Source of the DNA: Anthoceros angustus
Taxonomy: Eukaryota; Plantae; Anthocerotophyta
DNA: 64,000 nt
Assembly: GCA_010909165.1 (NCBI GenBank)
Contig: MU008208.1
Location: forward strand, 91,545 to 155,544
Direction of reading: 5' to 3'
The notes beneath the pieces are model-generated. The model was not told the origin of the DNA and made no database searches. It saw only the letters and a program-made list of their open reading frames with translations. The stretch's first letter is position 1. Every line of letters starts with the position of its first letter. Both the position numbers and the translations under genes were made by a program. Positions 1 through 11,792 of the stretch are shown here, piece by piece.

Positions 1-3000
1 GAGATTTGTCTGCCGTTGAGCAGAATGCTTCTGGTGGGCTTTTCCATGCTGTTGTGGTTCCCGACCGAGTCATCCCGATCAAGAAGTGCTTGATATGTTT
101 GAGAGGCTAAAGTGTGATGATCCCAAGATGACTTTGCCATGGGTATGGAGGAAATTGATGATGAAGCAATTTTCGGAGGCGGATTTGACCCAATAGTCCC
201 GAGGGAGCTGTGAATGATGCTCTTAGTGGTGGGGAGGATAGGTCCAAACGGCAGAATAACTGGTGTCGAAGTCGTCTTAGGGCCTTTATGAAAGTTAGTG
301 GGGTCAGGGGATGGAATACTGCTGTTGAGGATATCCCTCACAAGGATTTGAATCTTATTCTGATATCATTTTTTCATCAAGTTCGGAATCTAAAGGACAA
401 TAGGAGATTTTCTCCAGAAACGTAAGTAGTGATGTTATTTTACTTGTTGATTTTGATAGTTGTGACTTTTCTTCACTTGAGTGATTTTTGTTCTCTCTTG
501 TGCAGGTTGATGTCTTTCTTTCGTGGTTTTAACCGAATTTTAACAAGGAAGTGCATCTTGAACCAAAGCCGGTTACGATGTTCGTGATCAACATGTTTCA
601 TGGAATTTTCCATGGGTCCGTTGGTTGCGTCCATGAAAATCGAAGGACCTTGGGATTGTGTCATGTCGAAAAGAGGTGAAGTTGATTTCGATGATGATGA
701 GCGACGATTCTTTCACACGAGATCATCAATGCTCATTTGGGGGGGCTCAAAAAGGTAATATTGTTGGTTTAGGGGTGCACTTTGATTGTTCATTTATGGT
801 TTTAAACACGGAATGCCTCTATTGTTTGCGGTGTGCATATTTTGCATGACCAGTTTGGAGTTCGAGGTGGTGAAGAGTTACATAACCGCTCATCGTGGAC
901 TTCTCGTTCTCGGATTCAGGACCTTTTGTTCAAGATGTTTTGGTTGTTTTGTTCATTGTATCTTTGACATTGTTCATTGTATCTTTGTTTTGATGTCGTA
1001 TTAAGCTCGCTTTTATTTGCGGTATCGGCGGCTTTCAAAAATTACAAAGTGGACATGAAGAATTACGGGGCATTTAGTCAAAAGGTCAAGATTCTGACGA
1101 GGATGTTATCGAAACTTTTAGAGCTGTTATTGAACACTCTCCCAAGTGGTCTGCAAACGACAAAAATCTGTCAATTCAGGGGTTTCTGTTCAATTCAACG
1201 ATTGATAACCCAAGATCAAATGTAAGTTTGTTGTTATTTGGGCTTAAGTTTTGTGGTTTGTATTTACTAACTGTTTGTTTTTTGGCTAGGCTTGGTATGC
1301 AAAACTCCGTGTTTCAAAAGGAATGTTGTCAAGGTTCATGAAGACCATGGCTGAAGCAGCTGGGCTCGTTGGCTATTACACCAATAAGAGCTGCCGTGTA
1401 ACAATGATTACACGTTGTGATGGCTCGTGCCTTCGATCTTTGGGAGAAGTGTGGCCATAAAGCGGATCTGGATTCTCAAGGTAATATGTTTTGAAAGCTT
1501 GTGACATTTGAGTCCTTTGTATGTTCCTTCCGTTCGATATGGTTTGCGAGATATGACGGTCGGTCAAGCAAAGCAGAAGAGTCCTTGTTCCTGGTGAACG
1601 GCGATCCTATCAGGAGCTTTTGAACCAAGAACTGAATCGGATGCAGGATGATATTAAGGGTGTTCTTCCATCAACTGTCCTCAATGTGACCCCTGAAATT
1701 GTATTTTCTAGTCAGCCTGAAGATCAGCACCCCTTGCGAGTGCAACAGGTTAACAATGTAAGTGTTTGAGATTTGCTGCAAGTTTGTAGGACTTGTTTTG
1801 ATTAATCGTGTCGACTTGTTTTTGTGTGTTAGGTCTCGCCACTCGTTGTTCATCATGAAAGCGGACCTTTGAACAATGTCGACCGAATCGAGTTTTCCGC
1901 ACCATGTGGTCCACTTTGTCACAAGTTCGTTGGTATTGTCGTTCCTTGGTTGCGATCGCCATGTTGGATCTGTTTTAATCATCTTGGTCTTATTGGCGGT
2001 GGGAGGCTGGTGTTTTGGTTGCAAACATACCTCCGAAAGCGTGGCCAAGGCATCGGATGGATAACAGACCAACAACTGGGTGTTCTAGTGAAATTCCATA
2101 TGTTGACAAGGTTGATTCTTTGTCATTTGTTTGTTTTCACTTCTTTTGGAGTTTCGATTATGTTTATCTTGGCGGTTGTGAATCCTGCGACTAGTGGAAG
2201 CATCATCCCTCATTTCAACATTGATCTGACTCACGAAGTGGATGCGTGGTCCCTCTGTTGGAGGGCATTGTGCATAGTGAGTGTGATCCATCCGGTTAAC
2301 CAGATGTAAATGTGGTGGTAGCACCTCTGGATATTGCAGCTTTATGTGCAAATGGAAATGGAAGTGGCTTTGAGCCTTGCGAGATTGCGCGAGTACGGAA
2401 TTGGAGTATGATGATGAAGCAGGAATTGGAGTTTCAAAAGGATTTGGAGGCTCTTATAGAGACAGGGGCATGAGTTGAATTACGAGTCTCTAAGCAAAGA
2501 GAGAAAGCCCTTGAGATTGAGGCGGAGAAATGTGGAGAGGAGACAAGAGCACATTAAGCATCAAGAGAAATCAAGCAGCAGATGGAGCAGCAAGAGGTTC
2601 AAGACTGTGGAAAAGAGAACAGAGCGTAAGAATGTGTCTCGAGATATTTGCACTGCTATCTGCGAAAATCCGTCAGGATTGGTAAGTTTTCTTATGCTCT
2701 TTATTAATGTCGGATTGAAAATCAATGGTTGTATTTTATTAGGTTGTCACCTTGCGAGGTGGACAATTTCGCCCAAGTCCTCGCTTCATCAATTGGTTGC
2801 CAAGAATGATGCCGTACAACCGCCAATCAAGCCAAGTGGTCGTGAAAATTACCAATGTCAATATAAGTTTAATTTCCTAAATAAGGTGAGTATCATTTCC
2901 TAAGTATTTGCTATGATTATTTCAGTGTTTTCTAGTATCGCCTAATCACGGTTTGTGTCTTTGTTTGTTTGTAGGTTCCATTGTTGTTGAAGTAGAGTTC

Positions 3001-3007
3001 AATCTAG
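1..3007 (+). pseudogene. Crypton/DUF3504-like tyrosine recombinase, multi-exon and frameshifted
   Basis: Motifs HDQFGVRGGEELHN (R, ~863), FKNYK (K, ~1035), WYAKLRVSKGMLSRFMKTMAEAAGLVGYYTNKSCRVTMITR (~1293-1416), GH (~1454) and RYD-like Tyr (~1553). GT-AG introns at about 422-505, 1222-1289 and 2885-2974. Confidence 0.8.
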
Positions 3008-3465
3008 CGAGTTCAATCTATCTTTATTTACTCTTCATTAGTTGAATTTGTATTTCATGCCATTCGGATATACAGAAACTCGCAAAGAAAAGGTTTCTTT
3101 GTTGGTTTTTGTATATCCCGGATCCGCATGAATATTATTTAATGAAAATGTTTTTGTCGATTAGCGATTTTGGTGGGATTTCTAGAATGAGCTTCTAGAC
3201 CACCGGTATTCACTTGGTCGCCATGTTTTCTACTCTAGTGCTCTATTTTCTACCTTGATGGTAGATGATTTTTACCCCACTTGTATGGTTCAGTTGTTTT
3301 GTACCTTGATGGTAGATGATTTTCTACTATACTGTAATGAATTTTACTCTCTGGGTAAAATAATGACCAAAAGGTTAATTTTCTCTCTCTAAAAATTTAC
3401 CTGCACTACCCCGAAAAAAAACCAGCTGGGCGCGTCGAGGCCCCAGACGAGGCCGCGACTTTACG
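1..3465 (+). mobile_element. Crypton-like tyrosine-recombinase element, copy 1 (left end outside the window)
   Basis: Contains a spliced YR gene. Its 3' terminus (aaaatgacc...ttctctctct...cccgaaaaaaa...gtcgaggccccagacgaggccgcgactttacg) recurs at 10856, 23699 and 34520. It is homologous over about 3.4 kb to 23699-27000 on the minus strand. Confidence 0.8.
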
Positions 3466-4620
3466 ACATCCTGTATGATCGAAATCGTCAAATTTGCGTC
3501 ATTGTGAAGATTCGCATAGTGGAGATAAGCTCTGGCCTTGTGAGTATAATTATGGATCATACAACCCACAACATGAACTGTGATCTTGTTGTCCTCCTTC
3601 AAGTCTTTAGGCCACCGTAATATGTGCGGGAGCGATGTTTTCTTCGTCCATGCCATCAATTGATAATAATATGTATTTATGCGGCTCATCACCCTTTCGA
3701 CCGATGCTTGACATTTTCTTCCTTTCGTTCATAAGATGGACTCTATCGGCTGACATTTGCCGCTATGTTGATGCGAGCGGTCTGCGCTGCCGCACCCGTA
3801 TGCATTGCTCTATAACATGTACATGGCTTCCATCCTTGCCACCAAAGCAGATCACACAAGCACATGCTACGTTGACTGTGAAAGACACTTCGGCAAACAT
3901 AAAGATAAGAGTTAGTTTTCTTCAGCTGACAGTTGCCTCGTATTACTGAATGAGTGGACTCTGTCAATTTGATTGGGGAGACATGAACATGGACCGGCGT
4001 ACCTTGCTCGACTATTGCGTCTGTGTGTCGAATGTTATACTTCAGTCCAGCGTATAAGGAACATGTCGAGAACCTGTTTGACTTGGGAATTTTCACGCGC
4101 GGAAAATTCTGTTCCCATAATCTGAGGAAGTACGCATATGATATGTACCGCAAGCTTGTTTTGTCCATCCCCTGCTTGTATTGTGACCAAACTTCATGCT
4201 TGGTAAAAGTATCAGGCAAGTTATAGACTTCAACATTCGGCAACCTCTCAGCGAGATGCAAGAAAGTCGCGTCCATCCACGCAATCACACCAAGGGCGTG
4301 TGTGGATTTTTGACATGGGTTTGGCTTGTTCCCGTCCCAAGGAGCATTGCTCAAGACTCTGGTCTTCAATTCATCATACCTGGCAGACCCAATGCAATAC
4401 ATGCGTCTGAAGGCTTTCAAACAGCATCTTAGTGGGGCCCGGTGCATGAGAAACCTTCCCCTTTGCACTAAGCGCCTTGTGCGGCGACAGTGCCCCAAGT
4501 ACCTCTCGTTCTCCTCTTCCCGGATCCAAGAATCGCACGCTCTTCTTGAAACGATTCTTTTAGGAGGCACAGCAGCGCATGGTTTCCGGAATCTTCCAAT
4601 ACAGACACACTTTCACTCTT
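3466..4620 (-). pseudogene. Sola-like/DUF7869-type DDD transposase, truncated at the YR element end
   Basis: N-terminal CC..C cluster, RCCLKAFRRMYCIG, AWM...AERLPN...LPDTFTKHEVW..Y, YFLRLW..NFPRVKIPK.NRFSTCS. After a frameshift: IDGMDEEKTSLPH, HVVGCMIH, NDANLTISII. The rest of the catalytic core is missing. Confidence 0.7.
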
Positions 4621-4681
4621 CTTCAACGACACACCAGCTGCTCTCCGCTTTTGCAACATACTTGCAGCCAGAGGGGCATAA

Positions 4682-7600
4682 TCGCATTGTTCCGATAGTG
4701 GCTTTGGTGATATCGATAGCAATCTGGACGACGGAGGGTGTCATGGCCGAACACGAGGCCGTTAGGCCGAGACCGTTCTAGGCCGGCTGGCGCGCCCGCT
4801 TCGCATGGCGGGAGGCCGGTCGGGGCCGAGATGCGGCCAATTTTGCGCATCGAGGCGGGCAGGTCTCAGTAGTCAATAAAGAGTTGTTGCTCAGGGTACC
4901 CAGCTTATACTTCTTTTTTCTCTTGCTAGGATGAAAAATATGTCCGATCTCTTTACTTCCTGGACTTTCACCTTCTTGGTCAAGAGTTCTATCTCGAGAT
5001 TGTATCGAGACACAAAGATCAAAGCCAAAAACTTCTTACACTATTCTGGATGGCACGCGACCCAATTGCGTGACGAATATGGTAATTTAAGAGGTTTTCC
5101 AGATTTTGTTTGCACTCGATAGATGCAGGATACAAACCTTAATTGTATGGCCTTCACTGCGTCGTGTCGTCAGCGGGCTCTCACCTCCCACCTCCAAAGA
5201 ACTATGGACGAAGTCGCAAACTCACAAACACCGCCACATCTCACAAGACATAGGGTCAACCCACATGGGAGGAACAACATTGTACCAAATTCATGGTCCA
5301 ATGACTTACAACCTTCGCTCGCTTTCTCCACAACTACATCGGGTCTTGGTTTAGATGCCCCAAGCTCGATCGAAAAAGGACATCGATACGCTCGACAAGT
5401 GGTGTGACAAAGTGATGCTTGTTGAGCTTGTCTAATCACTTTCCGTGCGCACTTTTGAAAGTGTCGCTTCCAAGTTTGCCCAATTACCCGCAATAATGTG
5501 TCAAAACATAGTTATTGAGTTTAGGTACATGACGATTTGCATTTGACATACGCATCAACACTAATTGGGGTGATCAGCCTTGACCGGTCATACCAACAAG
5601 CAATCGCAACACCGCCGCGAAAAGACAACCAACAACTAGAAAAACTCACACAGACCTGTGTCGCACGGCTCAACTAGCGGGTCTCCACTCCGAATCGTGG
5701 TTCCCATCTACTCCCAGGTAGGCTTCCATAGAGTACAGAATGTAGCTTACGCCGTTGTTTTAAATTTCGGAAAATAGCGTCTTGACCCACTTCGCCTTTT
5801 GTCTCCGGCGGTGACTAAACGGATGACTTATCTTTGTCTTGCCCCATTACGGAAAATTCCATCCAAGTGGATCAGAAGAGACTTCTCCTCTTCTTCTTCC
5901 CATGTTCCTCTTGCTCGAGTCGTGGTGAAGCTCAACGAGTTTGATCCACTCCAAGTCCACGAATCGCAGCCACTCACAAGACGCCAAGATTCTTCAACAT
6001 TGGAACTATTCACGTATCTTGTGGGTAAGGACTTGAGAGCCCATCGCAAATCGGAGATTTGCCATGGCGGTGTGGGTGTGGATCATTGCTCTCCTATTCC
6101 CATTTGATCAAGTATAACCCATGTGGAGCCGGGTGAAGTCAATTTACCACCGGGGCCTATCGGCCGGTGCTGGGGAATCGCCCATCTTCACCGCCTCCAA
6201 GCCGCCTCACAGAAGCTCCGATCCGCCGAGCAAGACGGCCCGATCATGTTCCTGCTGACCGGGATTGACACCTTGCGTGGTGGTGTCGCCTTCGAGGTGT
6301 GCGAGAGATTTTGAAACCAGGGACCACATTGCATCTCGCATTGTTCCGATAGTGGCTTTGGTGATATCGATAGCAATCTGGACGACGGAGGGTGTCATGG
6401 CCGAACACGAGGCCGTTAGGCCGAGACCGTTCTAGGCCGGCTGGCGCGCCCGCTTCGCGGCGGGAGGCCGGTCGGGGCCGAGATGCGGCCAATTTTGCGC
6501 ATCGAGGCGGGCAGGTCTCAGTAGTCAATAAAGAGTTGTTGCTCAGGGTACCCAGCTTATACTTCTTTTTTCTCTTGCTAGGATGAAAAATATGTCCGAT
6601 CTCTTTACTTCCGGACTTTCACCTTCTTGGTCAAGAGTTCTATCTCGGAGATTGTATCGAGACACAGCATCCAAAGCCAAAAACTTCTTTCTTACACTAT
6701 TCCTGGGATGGCACGCGACACTGCGTGACGGGAATATGGTAATTTAAGAGGTTTTCCAGATTTTGTTTGCACTCGATAGATGCAGGATACAAACCTTAAT
6801 TGTATGGCCTTCAGCTCGTGCTCGTGTCGTGCTGCGGGCTCTCACCTCCCAGCTCCCAGCTTTCAGCAACTATGGACGTAAAGCTGCAAACTCACAAACA
6901 CCGGCCACATCTGCGCATAGGGTCAACCCACATGGCAGAGGAACAACATTGTACCAAATTCATGGTCCAATGACTTACAACCTCATCGCTTTCTCCACAA
7001 CCACTGCGGGTCTTGGTTTAGATGCCCGCCCAAGCTCGATCGAAAAAGGACATCGATACGTTTTGACAAGTGGTGTGACAAAGTGATGCTTGTTGAGCTT
7101 GTCTAATCACTTTCCGGTGCGCACACTTTTGAAAGTGTCGCTTCCAAGTTTGCCCAATTACCCTGCAATAATGACAGGTGTCAAAAACATAGTTATTGAG
7201 TTGCGTTAGGTACATGACGTATTTGCATTTGACATACGCATCAACACTAATTGGGGTGATCAGCCTTGTCAGACTGGTCATACTGCCAACAACTGCAACT
7301 GCAACACTGCCGGCGAAAAGACAACCAACAACTAGAAAAAACTCACAGCACCCAGGTCGCAGCTCCGGCTCTCAACTAGCGGGTCTCCACTCCCGAATCG
7401 TGGTTCCCATCTACCGGCTCCCAGCCCCCGGGTAGGCTTCCATAGAGTACAGCAAGAACAGAAGCTTACGCCGTTGTTTTAAATTTTACGGAAAATAGCG
7501 TCTTCGACCCACTTCAGTCTTTGTCTCCGATGTCGGTGACGAAACGGATGACTTATCTTTTGTCTTGCCCCATTACGGAAAATTCCATCCAAGTGGATCA

Positions 7601-8057
7601 GAAGAGACTTCTCCTCTTCTTCTTCCCATGTTCCTCTTGCTCGAGTCGGTGGTGAAGCTCAACCGAGTTTGATCCACTCCAAGTCCACGAATCGCAGCCA
7701 CTCACAAGACGCTGATTCTTCAACATTGGAACTATTCACGTATCTTGTGGGTAAGGACTTGAGAGCCCATCGCAAATCGGAGATTTGCCATGGCGGTGTG
7801 GGTGTGGATCATTGCTCTCCTATTCCCATTTGTCTTTCAAGTATAACCCCGTGGTGGAAGCTGGGTGAATTTACCACCGGGGCCTATCGTGCCGGCTGGA
7901 ATCGCCCATCTTCACCGCCTCCAAGCTGCCTCATCAGTGCCTCCGATCCGCCCGGCGACGGGCCCGATCATGTTCCTCGCTGGGATTGACACCTTGCGCC
8001 GTGGTGTCGTCTTCGAGGTGTGCGAGAGATTTTCAAACCAGACCACATTGCATCTCG
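4682..8057. repeat. Tandem duplication of about 1.65 kb (4682-6335 and 6336-8057); probably upstream exons of the transposase gene
   Basis: Both units start tcgcattgttccgatagtggc and differ mostly by small indels. Minus-strand peptides (EKSLLIHL, VDAYVKC) weakly match 37300-37400 on the plus strand. Confidence 0.85.
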
Positions 8058-8153
8058 TCCTCGTACGCCTCGCACTTGTCTGATGGTAGGAATATCGCCT
8101 TCTCTCCATACGGGAGCTGGCGATTCGCAAGGTGAGTGGATCATGATCAAGTG

Positions 8154-8425
8154 CTCCGTCTTCTTCACCTCGCCGAATACACCTCCGAGCCCACCATCGG
8201 CCAAGGCACCTTGCTCCCCCAGCTCCCGCTCACCCAAAGCCTGCCTTCCCTGGCCCCCGCGCCCGCCGCGCAGCGTCCCGCCATCTTCTTCTACCGGATT
8301 ATGTCCACCACTAGCCTCGCCGCCTCCCTCGCCTGCTCCTGCCCCACAAACCCCGACGCCATCCCCAGCGCCGTCCCATCCTCCTTCAGCCCTAGCCCCT
8401 TGATGTGCATGTGCGACGCCACCCG
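8154..8425 (-). pseudogene. RUVBL1: Captured N-terminal fragment of RuvB-like helicase 1 (pontin/TIP49a)
   Basis: Translates as [50 protein letters not shown], then a degraded Walker A, then ELGSKVP..PMVGSEVYSAEVKKTE. Contains a stop and frameshifts; no further gene follows. Confidence 0.92.
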
Positions 8426-8656
8426 CAGTGGACAGCGAGAACCCAACACCTATCAGGAACCCAACACCTGTTAGTGGGCAAACATGTGCATGCAATGGAT
8501 AGCTCCGCTGGCACAACGTGCAAGGAAATGAAACTGACTGATCTTACAAGATTTACCAGTTAGCCCTCTTCTTGAGGAAGCAGATTTCGTGGAGCAGTGC
8601 TTGCACCAGGGTCCTAGAAACGAAGTTCACGAAGACCCTCCTTGACAAAGAGACAA

Positions 8657-8749
8657 CTCTACGTCTCGCTGCCGGCCACCAACAGCTTTGTCGTGTTCAT
8701 CAGCGCGCTAGTGGCCAACTTCATCCTGGGCTACGCCGTCGTCATCGCA
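8657..8749 (+). pseudogene. Captured fragment of a half-size ABCG transporter TM domain, STR2/STR-like
   Basis: LYVSLPATNSFVVFISALVANFILGYAVVIA closely resembles the STR2/STR TM segment (LYxSL..TNSFVVF.S..VPNYILGYA.VIA). It is an isolated 31-codon piece. Confidence 0.75.
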
Positions 8750-8779
8750 GGAGGGCATGGGGAATAGCTGCATCAAGGT

Positions 8780-9110
8780 TTCGCGCAGGGAAGTGTCGCT
8801 CGTTTAAGTATAAGTGGCTATAGGGTTTAGGTGCTTTTAGAAGAAACATTCGTGTCAAGCTGTGATTCGCCGTGAGGCTGGACTTACGCTCCATGTCCGG
8901 GTTCGGATTTTAGGTTGGGTGAATTCAAACTAGGTTTGGCGAACAAGGCGGCGGCGGCGGCCGGTGAAAACCAATGACGTTGCTAGATAGGTTCGAAAAT
9001 TAGCTTCGGATTCTAGGTTTGGAAAATTCAAATCAGGTCTGGTAGAGAGAGGTTTTTGGCGCCGACAGAGGGAGAAAGGGAGAAATTAGGTTTACGAGGC
9101 TATAAAACCC
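8780..9110. promoter_or_regulatory. Putative bidirectional promoter of the YR family
   Basis: Conserved with 29960-30270. TATA-like ctataaaa at ~9100, telo-box-like tagggttt motifs, and an opposite-strand exon ending in a gtaaat donor at ~8556. Confidence 0.45.
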
Positions 9111-10856
9111 TCTCTTCTTCGACAAAATGAGTCTTTGTGATGTGTGGGGTTTCCAGCTCGGGTGCCCGCCCCCGGTTGTTTTCTAGTTCGCTCGCTCTGT
9201 GTGTGAGGCATGTGTGTTTCTTTTGTGGCTTCCTTGGTGTATGCTTATGGCTGTCCATGGTTGCTGGTATTGCTTCTTTGTTTGCCTCTTTTTTCTTGCT
9301 ATTTTCCGATACCGTCATCATTTGTCGCCTTCCATATTTCGATACACTTTCGCATCGCGGGCGGTTGTTCGGGTTGTCATTTATGTCATGTTCGAACGTT
9401 GGGGTTTAACATCTGCTGTGTGGTAGTCGGTGTGGTGCTCTTCAAGTTGTTCAGAATAGCATAATGGTGTATGGTTGTTTAATGATTGGATGTCTTTCTC
9501 TGTTCTTTGGATGTAGTATTTTTGTATGTTTCCTTGCCCTCCTACTCTAACTATCTCTGTGCTGATGTTTGTCATCCTTTAATTTAGCTCCTTTGTCGTT
9601 TTTGTGGTGGAGTGGTGCAATCAGATGTTTCTTTATTTGTTGTTTAGCCTGTTTTGTATTTCTTTCTCTTTGTTTCTGTATATCCTGTGTACAGATTCAT
9701 GTTTCGTATTCTTGCATTTGTTTTTAAGCACAAGTACATATATTCGATCTGCCGTTAACGCTTTGAGCAATAAGGAAGTGCATGGAACGCATTTGTGTTC
9801 GTGTAGATACGTTTAGTTACGTTTGTCGTTTCAATTAAACTTAGTCGTTTGGAAAAACATCGTTCTTGACCACCTATTGTGTCCGTCGTATGGCCTGGTT
9901 TAGATGTTTTTGGTGTTTGTGGCCTCTGAACACTAGTACTGAGTAGGTTTCGTATTGCTGTTGTTTCAGACACCTTAACTTCATCCTTGGTTCTACTACG
10001 GGTAGATTATGTAAGTTATCTCCTACGTTTGACTGGCAAACTCCTCTTAACTTCTATTGTGTGGTCCTCATTGTGGTGCACTATAAGTTGTTTTTCAAGA
10101 GCTGTAAAGATGTTTATGTTCTTATTGATTGGAGGTTGTCCTGAGTTCCTTAGAAGCAGATATCTTGTTTTTAGAGCCCTCGGTTCTCTCTTGATTGTGA
10201 TGTTCATGTATTTGTCTGCTGCATACATGTTGTGCCTGACCAGCTCGAGAATTTGTTGCAGATTGTGATCATTGCGGACTCAACCTTCCCGCAAATGTTT
10301 TGATTGATCTGAGTTACTTGCCAGGTTGTTTACTTCTCTAATCCACTTTGCACATTGTTGGACTACGTAATTCTTATGCTTGACATTTTTTATTTTGTCC
10401 ATCTATCTCATTTCTGACAGTTGATTTTTGCATACTTTAAAGCCGCTTGCTTATATGCTGTTGTGGTTTACAGGCATGAGTCGTAGGCCGATTACAGTCT
10501 GTGCAGGTTAGTCTATCTTTGAAGTCGTCTTTGGATAACGTTTCTGTGATATATAAGTTGAAGTTTGGCATATCTGTTTTACTGCCAGATTTAGCGATTG
10601 TGGTGGGATTTCTACCTAGATGTCCCTGGTATTCACTTGGTGGCTATTTTTTCTACCTTACTGCTATGGTTTCAACATAGATGGTGGATTGTCTTCACCC
10701 TCCATGGCATTGTTTTCTACTCTGTTGTAATAAATTTACTATATGCAGTAAAAAAATGACCAATAGGTCAATTCTCTCTCTACAATTTTACCCCGTTCGC
10801 CCCGAAAAAAAATCAAACGGGCGCGTCGAGGCCCCAGACGAGGCCGCGACTTTACG

Positions 10857-11250
10857 TTGGTCTTGTACATGTTCCAAATCCTGCTGCTTCATTGTCATCC
10901 ATTGTACCCGCTATTTCCCGTGTTGAGCTAGTCCAAATTCCTCGTCATCCACCACCGAACGCACATCTTCCGAAGATTCCCCGCGCACGGTGGGCCGAAT
11001 CGCCCGCAGCAGGGCACCCCTTCATCCTGACCATGAACGGTGAACAAGCCCCATGCCGCGCGAGTTCTGCTTTCCAGCTGCCTCACGCGGCCTCCTGGTC
11101 GACCCCGCGGACTTTTCTCCAATGCCCGATAGAGGTTCACGTTTCTCGGAGTTGGTGGCACATACCGGGGCATCCCGTTGTGTTGATGCGCTCTTCTCCA
11201 CCCCGGACCTGCGAGACAGGAAAACGGATGATCGACCGGCAAGCCTTATG
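10857..11250 (-). pseudogene. Probable degraded N-terminal part of a second Sola-like transposase copy
   Basis: GVPCCGR...EDVR.. resembles the CC..C..ESVRYRF segment at 37570-37650, and IWNMYKT resembles VWSQYKQ. Heavily frameshifted. Confidence 0.4.
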
Positions 11251-11792
11251 ATTAAGAAAGTAATGTCCTACCTGATCCCACCTTCGTGAAGATTACGACA
11301 CCCAAGCACAAGACTACAAGACACATGCTCAGTCCAATAACACTCACTCAAAGGCAAAGACAGAGGCAGTGGCATGTTGACATTGCCTTCATTGGGTTCA
11401 TCGGCGCCAGTCTTGCATGTCTGGCTTCTTTGCTTCTCATATCCATCAACCTTAGGAATTCAAAGGCTTCAGAAACCTCACCGTTCTCGGCATCTGCGCG
11501 GATCCCCTGCGTCACAAATGGAATTGGAGAGCAAGACTTAAGGAAGTAAGGATCGTCCAGGATGCATGTCCACAAAACAGAGTGCAAACACCTTTGCTTC
11601 ATCGGTGCTGTGGGTCGCAGTGAGCATCTTTGTCCCCGGTCCCTTCGAAAAGCACAAGGAGAGCACACACAAACTAGTTCTATAGAATGGCTGAAGATAG
11701 CAAACCACTATACGGTCATGTCTAGCTTTGTCCACGCCACTCGTTTGGCGCGCATAGGAAATCATGCACTGAGAAGGGCGGCGGTGCCTTAA

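Larger units (their letters stand above)
8100..10856 (+). mobile_element. Non-autonomous derivative of the Crypton-like family (left boundary uncertain)
   Basis: 8780-9110 is homologous to the YR promoter region (reverse complement of ~29960-30270). 10590-10856 matches the family 3' terminus, including the identical hairpin. No YR ORF. Confidence 0.65.

Noticed and set aside
3434-3465. Helitron 3' end (hairpin plus gene capture)
   Set aside because: No CTRR terminus or A/T insertion site and no Rep/helicase; the terminus is attached to a tyrosine-recombinase gene.
8154-8425. Functional RUVBL1 gene
   Set aside because: Only the first ~90 codons are present, with an internal stop and a damaged Walker A.
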